This document shows, one piece after another, positions 54,272 through 64,000 of a stretch of DNA of 64,000 nucleotides; positions within the stretch are counted from its first letter, which is position 1; each line of letters starts with the position of its first letter. Below the pieces are notes generated by a model that was given only the letters and a program-made list of their open reading frames with translations, was not told the DNA's origin and searched no databases. A program made the translations under genes and the position numbers. The stretch covers positions 154,814,001 through 154,878,000 of the forward strand of contig NC_043000.1 of the NCBI RefSeq assembly GCF_006345805.1. Direction: 5' to 3'. Origin of the DNA: Octopus sinensis. Taxonomy: Eukaryota.

Positions 54272-54530
54272 TATAGGTTAAAGTAGTTAGGAAAGGCATA
54301 CAATTTGACAATGCAGAACAAGGACATTTAATTTCATTAAATTCAATCTAAAATTTAGCTACATAATGAATGGTAAAAATAGTACAAAATAATAAAAGAT
54401 ACTTCTACTGTTTTGTACTATTTTTATCATTCATTATGTAGCTAAATTTTAGATTGAATTTAATGAATTTAAATGTCCTTGTCCTGCATTGCCTAATTGT
54501 TTGCTTTTCTTCACTACTTTAACCGATATA
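54272..54530. mobile_element. Foldback/MITE element with about 118-bp inverted arms and a 21-nt spacer
   Basis: 54272-54389 is the reverse complement of about 54411-54528, with roughly 10 mismatches by eye; TA flanks. Confidence 0.85.
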
Positions 54531-54547
54531 TATATATATATATATAT

Positions 54548-54963
54548 ACTCTTTTACTCTTTTACTTGTTTCAGTCATTTGACTGCGGCCATGCTGGAGC
54601 ACTGCCTTTAATCGAGCAACTCGACCCCAGGACTTATTCTTTTGTAAGCCCAGTACTTATTCTATTGGTCTCTTTTGCCAAACCGCTAAGTAACGGGGAC
54701 ATAAACACATCAGCATCGGTTGTCAAGCAATGCTAGAGGGACAAACACAGACAAACAAACACACACACATACATATATATATATATACATACATATATAC
54801 GACGGGCTTCTTTCAGTTTCCATCTACCAAATCCACTCACAAGGCTTTGGTCGGCCCGAGGCTATAGTAGAAGACACTTGCCCAAGGTGCCACACAGTGG
54901 GACTGAACCCGGAACCATGTGGTTGGTAAACAAGCTACTTACCACACAGCCACTCCTGCGCCT
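54548..54963 (-). mobile_element. SINE family A, full length
   Basis: Colinear with family A. Confidence 0.92.
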
Positions 54964-55211
54964 TATATATATTTATCTCTCACCAGGTGGAGTACTTTTT
55001 AGTTGAATTTTCTATCATGGAACAGTACATTATATATATATGTATCAACTTATTTATTTAGTGGTTTTCCAACAGCCTTGCCACATTGCTCCTACACATT
55101 AATGAATCCTATGCCACACTTCCCTCAGTCTATTCAACTTCCTTTCTATGAGTGTAAAATTTCAAATGTAATTTAGTTGTGGTATCTTCAGTAGAACTGA
55201 CCAATGTGATG

Positions 55212-55256
<45 letters not shown>

Positions 55257-55310
55257 TTTTTATTTTATCTAGTTTCAGCTCACGAGCTGTGGCCATGCTG
55301 GGGCACCGCC

Positions 55311-55380
<70 letters not shown>

Positions 55381-55452
55381 ATGTAAGGATATGGGTAGTG
55401 CTATGTTCATACTGTTAGAATCATAGTTTTAATGCAGCTTGTAGCTTAAGTT

Positions 55453-55910
55453 CATCATCATCATCATCATCGTTGTTTAACGTCTGCTTTCCATGCTAGC
55501 ATGGGTTGGACGATTTGACTAACCAGGTCTGGCTAACCAGATGGCTGCACCAGACTCCAATCTGATCTGGCAGATTTTCTACAGCTGGATGCCCTTCCTA
55601 ATGCCAACCACTCCGAGAGTGTAGTGGGTGCTTTTATGTGCCACTGGCACGAGGGCCAGTCAGGCAGTACTGGCAATGGCTATGCTCAAATGGTAATTTT
55701 TATGTGCCACCAGTACAAGTGCTAGTAGGCAATGCAGGTAACGATCACGCTTGAATGATGTTTTTAATGTGCCATCGGCTCGGAGGCCAACTTGTTGCTC
55801 TGGCCCTGCTCTCACTCGTATGGTTCTCTTAGCGCTCCACTAGCATGGATGCCAGGCATCGAATTTGATTTCGATTTCGATTTCACTTGCCTCAACAAGT
55901 CTTTGCAGTT
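55453..55910 (-). mobile_element. RTE 3' end with minisatellite and ORF terminus
   Basis: Family C motifs plus ttcacttgcctcaacaagtctttgc (ORF-end remnant) and (tttcga)n. Confidence 0.85.
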
Positions 55911-56179
55911 ATGCATTTTAAATTTTAAAAAATGATGCAATAAGTCTCAAAGGAGAAACAGTTTTAATTTTTATTTTGAAATCTAAAGATTCCTAACTGT
56001 CATTTGGTAGTACATTCCTTATTTTGAGATCAGAGTTTCCTAGTTATATATTTATGGCTGTTATTAAGTGCTATTAAGAAAATAATGATGCTTAGTCTGG
56101 AAGATTACTAAAAAAAAAATACATTTGAGTAAGAAGGAGTCAAAATAAATAACCGAGACTGTAGTAGATCTCTTAAACA

Positions 56180-56496
56180 TTGTAGACATAACCTGAATAT
56201 CTTTCTGCCTGTACTTTGGTACCTGCATATATGCATTCATCTATTTTTGTTGTGTACACATTTTACTTTTCGACCTGACCCTGTGCCTTACCATTTAAGT
56301 GCCAGATTCATGTGAGTCCTTATATATATATATATATATATAGGGAGAGAGTGAGAGAGAGATAGAGAGAGAAAGAGACAAAGAGAGAGAGGATATGAGG
56401 AGTTTTCATCAGGATGACTCAAACCAATAGGTATGCATTCTGAGTGCTCAAATAGATGTGCCACCAAAATTCCAGTTAGGAGTGACTATAGGTGGC
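56180..56496 (+). repeat. Local duplication copy 2 (empty site)
   Basis: Same as 53619-54250 without the RTE insertion. Confidence 0.92.
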
Positions 56497-56844
56497 ATTT
56501 CTTTGAGTTAGTAGGTTTGGCTTGATGTTATAGACTTATAGTTAAAAGTATTCAAGCCATGACTATCTCATCAATATTTAAGGAGCTGTAGTCTTTGGAC
56601 CACATTATCTGATTGATTTTTAAGGCACCAGGGTGTGGTCCGAGGGAGATTTGCCAACTATTTCAAGCAAATTGAGCAATCATGCAGAGGCTCCCTTTTT
56701 GGCCTGTACATACATGCCTTATTTTGTTTGTATCCAATAAATACAAAAGCCACCCTCATTTTGGATGGATAAAGTAACAATTGACTTACAAATGGTTGAG
56801 TTGATAGTGTTTTAGACTATTGACAGAATAGTCAGTAGTTCCTA

Positions 56845-57055
56845 TACTCTTTTACTCTTTTACTTGTTTCAGTCATTTGACTGCGGCCATGCTGGAGCAC
56901 CACCTTTAGTCGAGCAAATCGACCCCGGGACTTATTCTTTGTAAGCCCAGTACTTATTCTATCGGTCTCTTTTGCCAAACCGCTAAGTGACGGGGACGTA
57001 AACACACCAGCATCGGTTGTCAAGCAATGCTCGGGGGACAAACACAGACACACAA

Positions 57056-57088
<33 letters not shown>

Positions 57089-57260
57089 CATATATACGAC
57101 AGGCTTCTTTCAGTTTCCGTCTACCAAATCCACTCACAAGGCATTGGTCGGCCCGGGGCTATAGCAGAAGACACTTGCCCAAGATGCCACGCAGTGGGAC
57201 TGAACCCGGAACCATGTGGTTGGTTAGCAAGCTATTTACCACACAGCCACTCCTGCGCCT
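56845..57260 (-). mobile_element. SINE family A, young subfamily
   Basis: Reverse complement of the 36714/47274 type. Confidence 0.92.
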
Positions 57261-58151
57261 ATATTGCTGTGTCAACTTCAACCTGTTTGCTACAACTAAG
57301 TCATTTGGTTATGTAACTCTTTGTGGTCAGTACGGCTAATTGTAAATAAGTAACATGGGAAAGTACAGCTATGAAAACATTTGAATGCAATAGATATGTA
57401 TTTTGCTAACTGCAGTGGCTGATAGAAGACAAACCATCATGAAATTCATTGCAGTTTATCAACCATTCATGGATGTAATTCATTTAGAAAGTAAAACAAT
57501 CAATACCTATTTGTCATCTTTGCATAGGGTAATATCGATTAATTGATTGGAAAATAAAAGTAAAAGGGGACTTCCTGTAGAAAAATAATCAATTTTTAAT
57601 AATCTTTCCAGTTATGAATTAAACCTTCAACCTCTTAAAAACACTATATTATTATACATTCTTCAAAACTCTGATTATATGTATACAAAACTGAATCATA
57701 TCAAAAACAGTCTCTATTGAAGTCTTCAAACCCTTAAGTCTAAATGCTCTCATTCTTTTGAAATAAGACAATACACAGAAAAAAAAAAAAAACTCCTTTG
57801 AGGATTAACAGATTTTATAATGGAAATTTTAATTGCTTTCATTGTGTGAGGTAGAGTGCAGCATTTGCCAGAAAAGTAAAAAATAAGAAATTTCAGAGTT
57901 TAGTATCTTATGAAAATGAAGTTGAGTACAGATTTTTTTAATCATTTAAATAGATTTAAGGTTAAACTGAAATTCAAGTTTGAACTAATTCTAAATAGAC
58001 TGATCTGAGGATAGTGTAAATAAACCATCAACCTGGGTAATATCTTAGTTATTAGAAAGTACTTTCTGTTTCATGAGCAGATATTTTCCCTTTAATTGTT
58101 CAATAATTAGCTCATTGTGCAGGAAAGAATAATTAATATTAAAACAATGTA

Positions 58152-58375
58152 AGGTGACAAGCTGGCAGAATTGTTAACCTGTCAGGCAAAATGCTGCTAA
58201 GCATTTAGTTCATCTTTATGTCCTGAGTTCAAATTCCACTGAGGTCATCTTTGTCTTTCATCCTTTTTGGGGTCAATAAAATAAGTACCGGTTAAGCACT
58301 GGGGGTGATATAATTGACTACCATTCTCCCCTGAAACTGCTGGCCTTGTTCCAAAATTTAAACCAATATCAAAAT
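58152..58375 (+). mobile_element. SINE family B2
   Basis: gctggcagaattgttaa..gagttcaaattcc..ggggtcaataaaataagtacc..ctgctggccttgttccaaaattt. Further decayed fragments continue to about 58870. Confidence 0.8.
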
Positions 58376-59344
58376 AATGTTGAGGGTAGAGGATCACAAG
58401 AATTAGCAGAGCATCTAGTATTTAATTACGTCCCTTTAATATTCTTAATTCAAATCTTTATTGGTTTGACTCTACCTCTTACTGAAATGTACCAGTTGCG
58501 TACTCAGGTTGATCTAACTGACTGGCCGTGTTCCCTTAAAATTTCGAGCCTTGTGCCTAAAGTAGAAAAGAATTGTGGGGTTGATAAAATAAGTACCTGT
58601 TAAATGCAGAGGTCAATTTACTTAATTACATCCTATCCCCAAAATTGGGTTTCTTGTGTCAATGTGAATAATGTGAATATAATATTACGGTAGTGCTAAA
58701 TAAGCAGAAATAAGAGATTTGGCAGATGAAATGCCTTGTGGTATTTTCTTTTACCTGTGTTTTAATTCAAATCCCACTGGAGTCAACTTTACCTTTCATC
58801 TTTCTGGAATTGATACAATAAGCACTACCCATATCAGCTACACCCTCACCATAACTTGTGGTCCTGTTGCAAAGTAAGCCCTAAATTTTAAGGCAGCTTG
58901 TCTCACAATGAAGATGAAATAGGTAGAATTAAAAACCAATTTGGGAATTCTTCAAGCAGTTAATCTGTTAATGAACTTGCCTCTTATGAAAAAACATTCT
59001 CTACATGTTTCAATTAATTTTGAACGTAATCAAGAATTTAAAGGAATTAAGTAAAATAATTAACATTTTCATTTTCCTTGTTTGGAACATAGCAAAATTG
59101 CATAAGATATTATGAAAGAAGGTCTTAACTTCAATATAACCATTGTAAAATAGGCAGTTTTATATCATAAAACCAGATTAGTATCAAAAAGATTAAGCCT
59201 TTTAATACCATATGTCCATTGAAGCATAGCTGGTTGGAACTAATGAACAACACAGCTGTTATTGTGAATTTTCAAGGTGTGAGATTCATGCCTTCTCCCA
59301 AAGGGCATAGGTTCTATAATGTGTGGGATAATGTGTAAAAATCA

Positions 59345-59836
59345 AATCAAATCAAATCCAATCAAATCAAAATCGATAAACATCAATGGAATTTGTAGTT
59401 TTGTGGTACCAGTGCCGGTGGCACATAAGAAAACCATCCGAACGTGGCCGTAGCCAGTACCGCATCGACTGGCCTCCGTGCTGGTGGCACGTAACAAACA
59501 CCATCCGATCGTGGCCGTGCCAGCCTCGCCTGGCCTCCGTGCTGGTGGCACATAAAAAACACCATCCGAGCGTGGCCGTTTGCCAGCCTCGTCTGGCACC
59601 TGTGTCCGTGGCACATAAAAAAACACTATCCGAGTGTGGCCGTTCGCCAGCCTCGTCTGGCACCTGTGTTGGTGGCACATAAAAAGCACCCACTACACTC
59701 ACAGAGTGTTTGGCATTAGGAAGGGCATCCAGCTGTAGAAACACTGCCAGATCTGACTGGCCTGGTGCAGCCTTCTGGCTTCCCAGACCCCAGTTGAACC
59801 GTCCAACCCATGCTAGCATGGAAAGCGGACGTTAAA
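59345..59836 (+). mobile_element. RTE 3' UTR with about 4.5 copies of a roughly 62-bp minisatellite and a (GAT)n tail
   Basis: Units ggtggcac(a/g)taaaaaacaccatccga.cgtggccgt..gccagcctcg.ctggc; ends ggaaagcggacgttaaacgatgatgatg. Confidence 0.88.
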
Positions 59837-60386
59837 CGATGATGATGATGATGATAGCTATATTTCATCAAGTTGTGAACTTGCCTTCCTTGAAACATAT
59901 CATCTATTCAAAACTACTTTGCCTTTATATTTTTATTAACAATCAATGAATAAGTTTCATATGTAGATGGCTACAATTCTGATATTTTAATATTATTTTA
60001 TGGTCTATATATGTAGTGGGGCTCCAGTATGGCTGCAGTCTAATAACAGAAACAAGTGAAATTTTACATGTTCTTCCTCTATACAATGTAATATTTATTT
60101 CCCAACTATATAGCATAGCTATTGGTTAACAAACATATTCATGACTTTTCTAATAATTAATTCTTTAAAATTTCCTTTGCTTAATTAGAAATTAAACAAA
60201 TGTTGGTTAAAGAATATTTTTAACAAAACCATAAAACTTGAAATGATATTTGAATAATTCTATAAAATACCATATTTGTAGAAGTTAAGAAATTGCTGAA
60301 TTATTGATTGAGCTGACCTCAGTACATTACTTGTATCGCTATAGTTTATAGTTTATGTGGAAGAGTAAAATTCCCAAAGTATATCA

Positions 60387-60838
60387 GATTTTTTATTACC
60401 CACAAGGGGCGAACATAGAGGGGACAATACAATCTGCTATGGGGTCAGATTACCGAATGAAATTACACAAAATGATGAACTTTAAAAATTTACAAAAAAT
60501 GACAAAAAATCGAATGGTAGAACAGGCCAGAAGACATTACGGATGGAGTGGGGGCGGTTTTAGCTCGGACCCCACGAGCCCTGCCTCGCCACTGATACTT
60601 GGGTTTTCGTCTTGTTTCACATTTATGTGGTACCATCCATACGCAACATCCACGCTACATTCTTCCATCGTTCTTCAAACACTTTTTTAGTCAGGCATTT
60701 TCTCTCCAGCCCTATTTTCCTTTTCAGATGGAAAATGAAGTAATTCATCAACCCAGGGCCAGAGATGAAATTGCCTGACTCTAAACCTTTCAGCCTCGTC
60801 TTCCAAATCACCTCTCTCGCAATTGCAACTACAACGAG
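60387..60838 (-). mobile_element. 5'-truncated L1/Tx1-like LINE (ORF2 C-terminus plus 3' UTR) with an 18-bp TSD
   Basis: TSD aattcccaaagtatatca at 60369-60386 and 60839-60856. ORF 60623-60847 gives VAIAREVIWKTRLKGL...FHLKRKIGLER...RWKNVA, compare the L1/Tx1 AKxxIWxxR motif. Confidence 0.75.
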
Positions 60839-61195
60839 AATTCCCAAAGTATATCATCAATATTTCTAGAACATAATAAAATAAAACTAAATGCTTATGG
60901 GAATTTTGTCAAGCACTTCATTGTGCTTTTTCCAGTCATTCGCCCTTAAAATGTTTCTGTGTGGCACAGTGAGCCTAAAGCAAGTATAGTGGAAGAAGTA
61001 GTATAGCAACAGCAAGAAATAACTACAAACTCATAACACCTTTCTCTTCTTGATCCCTACAACACACACATATACATACACACACACACGCACAGCAACC
61101 ACACATATAAGGTAGTCACTTTCTCCTCTCTCTCTCTCTTCCTATATATACATACATACATATATATATCTTATCTCATCTACCTCTGCATCTCT

Positions 61196-61516
61196 ATCAT
61201 CATCATCATCATCATCATCATCCTTTAGCATCTGCTTTCCATGCTAGCATGGGTTGGACGGTTCAACTGGGGTCTGTGAAGCCAGAAGGCTGCATCAGGC
61301 CCAGTCCGATCTGGCAGTGTTTCTACGGCTGGATGCCCTTCCTAACGCCAACCACTCCGTGAGTGTAGTGGCTGCTTTTTACATGCCACCCACACAGGTG
61401 CCAGACGGAGCTGGCAAACGGCCATGGACAGATGGTGCTTTTTACATGCCACCGGCATGGGGGCCAGGCGAGGCTGGCAACGGCCACGATCGGATGGTGC
61501 TTTTTACGTGCCACCT
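61196..61516 (-). mobile_element. RTE 3' end with about 2 minisatellite units
   Basis: Family C motifs. Confidence 0.85.
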
Positions 61517-61869
61517 TATATATATATATATTTTACTGGGTAAGACCGGTTTATGAGGATTTCCTCTCCATAAAGGGATTAACTTTATTGCATATCTTCA
61601 GACCCCAAGATCTGTTGGCCTAAGACCTAAACAAGGGGATTATCTCCATCCCCTTCTTTACATTTGTAACAAGGCTTTTCCTCTCCTTATTTTAAAGAGG
61701 TCTTAGTCCAACAGGTTTTGGAGTCTGACGGTATGCCATAAAGTTAAACCCAGGGTAACCCCATAAACGAGCATTCCCCATAAAAAAAAAAACATAGACT
61801 GCTCTACTTCTTAGAATGTGCTTTTTCTCTGGATTTATGTTTTCTAAAAACGATATATACCTTGGGAAT

Positions 61870-62660
61870 AAGAAGCATCAAATGGATAAGGACAGTTGTG
61901 TGAGTAAGTACCACTCCCTAACTGTGGAAGAGGTGAACCCAGGAAGACATGGGATGAGGTGGTGAACCATGACCTTTGAACATTGGGTATCACAGAGGTA
62001 ATGACAGGAGAAGACCTGGCAACTCACAAAGTGAGATAACAGCCATGCATGTACAGCCCAATTAAAAGTACCCATGATGCATTGGGTGATATGATATGCT
62101 TAAGAAGACCTGTTGAGTCAAGTAAAACCAATACTGTAGCTGTGGCCAGTGGCCCCTGACTGGCACTCAAGCTGGTGGCATGTAAAAAGCACCATCCGGA
62201 TGTGGTCGATGCCAGATCTACCTGACTGGCTCCCTTGCTGGTAGCACTTAATAAGCACCATCCAAATGTGGCTGATGCCAGTACCCTCTAGCTGGCTCCC
62301 TTGCCAGTGGCATGTAAAAAGTACGATCTGAATGTGGCCGATACCAGTATCTCCTGATTGGCTCCCATGCTGGTGGTATGTAAAAAGCACTATCCGAGCA
62401 TGGCTGATGCCAGTACCTTCTGACTGGCCCCTGTGATCGATGCCAGGCCTGCCTGACTGGCTCCTGTGCTGGTGGTATGTAAAAAATACCCACTACACTC
62501 TCAGAGTGGTTGGCGTTAGGAAGGGCGTCCAGCTGTCAAAACATTACCAGATCAGATTGGAGCCTGGTGTAGCTGCTGGCTCTCCACACCTCAGTCAAAC
62601 CGTTCAACCCATGCCAGCATGGAAAATGGATGCTAGACGATGATGATAATGATGATGCTG
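61870..62660 (+). mobile_element. RTE LINE 3' portion: ORF C-terminus, about 6 minisatellite units and a (GAT)n tail
   Basis: MDKDSCVSKYHSLTVE..PRKTWDEVVNHDL*TLGITEVMT is joined to the family C 3' end. This link is what identifies family C as RTE. Confidence 0.88.
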
Positions 62661-62714
62661 ATGATATATATATGCACACACACACTCACACACATATCCA
62701 TGTGTGCATATTTA

Positions 62715-62747
<33 letters not shown>

Positions 62748-63252
62748 TCACTCACACATGTACATATATGTTTCTAGGCATTTGTTCTTTATTATATTTG
62801 TCGCAATTATTGTATTACACGTATTTTCATATAAAAAAAATTACCTTAAATTTCTCCAGCAATTTACCTATTAGAGGGAATTACTTTCAAATTTCTGTTA
62901 AAATGTCTTTACAATGAGCTATGCACTTTCTACAGACATTTGTATCATTCTTAATAGAATTTCTGTGATGGATGCCCACCAGTTTCACCATACGTAGAGA
63001 TTTATGATCAATGGTCGATAAAATGTATCTACACACCAAAGCTATATTCTGATCAAGTGCTGCTGAATTTCTTGCTGCCAGTCTCTTTCCCTTTACTGAC
63101 TTTATAAGCTTGTCATAGCAGATTATGACTTTGGCTTTCAAGTCATAAAGCATATATCATTTTTATAAAAGTGCAATTAAAAATAAGTCTTACTTCTATT
63201 CATAACTGCAATGAAGAGGTTAGTTTTGAGTTTTACTGTGCTACTCCTAGGT

Positions 63253-63465
63253 ATACTCTTTACTCTTTTTACTCTTTTACTTGTTTCAGTCATTTGACTG
63301 CGGCCATGCTGTAGCACCGCCTTTAGTCGAGCAAATCAACCCCAGTACTTATTCTTTGTAAGCCTAGTACTTATTCTATCGGTCTCTTTTGCTGAACTGC
63401 TAAGTTACAGAGACATAATCACACCAGCATCAGTTGTCAAGCGATGTTGGTGGGGACAAACACCA

Positions 63466-63518
<53 letters not shown>

Positions 63519-63684
63519 TAAGACGAACTTCTTTTAGTTTCTGTCTACCAAATCCACTCACAAGGCTTTGGTCGGCCCGAGGCTATAGTAGAAGACACTT
63601 GCTCAAGGTGCCACGCAGTGGGACTGAACCCGGAACCATGTAGTTGGTAAGCAAGCTATTTATCACACAGCCACTCTTGCGCCT
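63253..63684 (-). mobile_element. SINE family A, full length
   Basis: Colinear with family A. Confidence 0.92.
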
Positions 63685-63824
63685 TTATTATTGTGTAATT
63701 TTTCCACAATAATCTTGGGCCAATCAATGCCTTGGGAATAGAACTGTTAAAAAAGAAACTGTATAGAAGATCATTATGTATATACACACACAGGCACACT
63801 CACACATACACATATACCACCATC

Positions 63825-63955
63825 ATCATTATCATTATTTAATGTCCACTTTCCATGTTGGCATGGGTTAGATGGTTTAACAGGATCTGGTGAGCTGCCA
63901 GACTCCCCAAGTTCCAGTGTCAGCTTTGGTATGGTTTCTACAGCTAGATGCCCTA
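63825..63955 (-). mobile_element. RTE 3' end fragment, degraded
   Basis: atttaatgtccactttccatgttggcatgggtt...tttctacagctagatgccc. Confidence 0.75.
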
Positions 63956-64000
63956 CAGCAGTTCAGGAGTAAAAGAGTGTGCAGACAGACAGACAGACAC

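Noticed and set aside
59400-59700. CRISPR-like array
   Set aside because: The context is eukaryotic, the units are tandem without unique spacers, and there are no cas genes. It is the RTE 3' UTR minisatellite.
36662-63643. Recurrent similar ORFs (MSSNARGTNTDTQ...EDTCPRCHAVGLNPEPCGW) as a gene family
   Set aside because: They are antisense translations of SINE family A copies.

Overview
Very AT-rich, microsatellite- and transposon-dense eukaryotic DNA. The repeat families and low-complexity texture point to an octopus or other coleoid cephalopod genome (inference). The only well-supported protein-coding feature is one 913-nt internal exon on the minus strand (30975-31887). It encodes S1-S6 and the proximal C-terminus of a Shaw/Kv3-type voltage-gated K+ channel. 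I could not identify its T1-domain exon or a terminal exon, so most of the window is probably intron. The rest is a layered TE landscape: at least four tRNA-derived SINE families, RTE LINE fragments (many are 3' ends carrying a minisatellite), CR1/L2-like, L1/Tx1-like and Penelope-like remnants, mariner/Tc1 relics, two Helentron-like elements, two foldback MITEs and a probable solo LTR. Most notable are a TSD-bounded L1/Tx1-like fragment whose 3' tail is almost identical to the tail of a local SINE (a candidate LINE-SINE partnership), several long inverted repeats in the presumed channel pre-mRNA (candidate ADAR substrates), and recurrent hammerhead-like motifs with a TTGATGA core next to Penelope remnants. 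Nearly all ORFs in the supplied track are microsatellite or SINE artefacts. TE boundaries without a stated TSD or TIR are approximate, and all alignments were done by eye.
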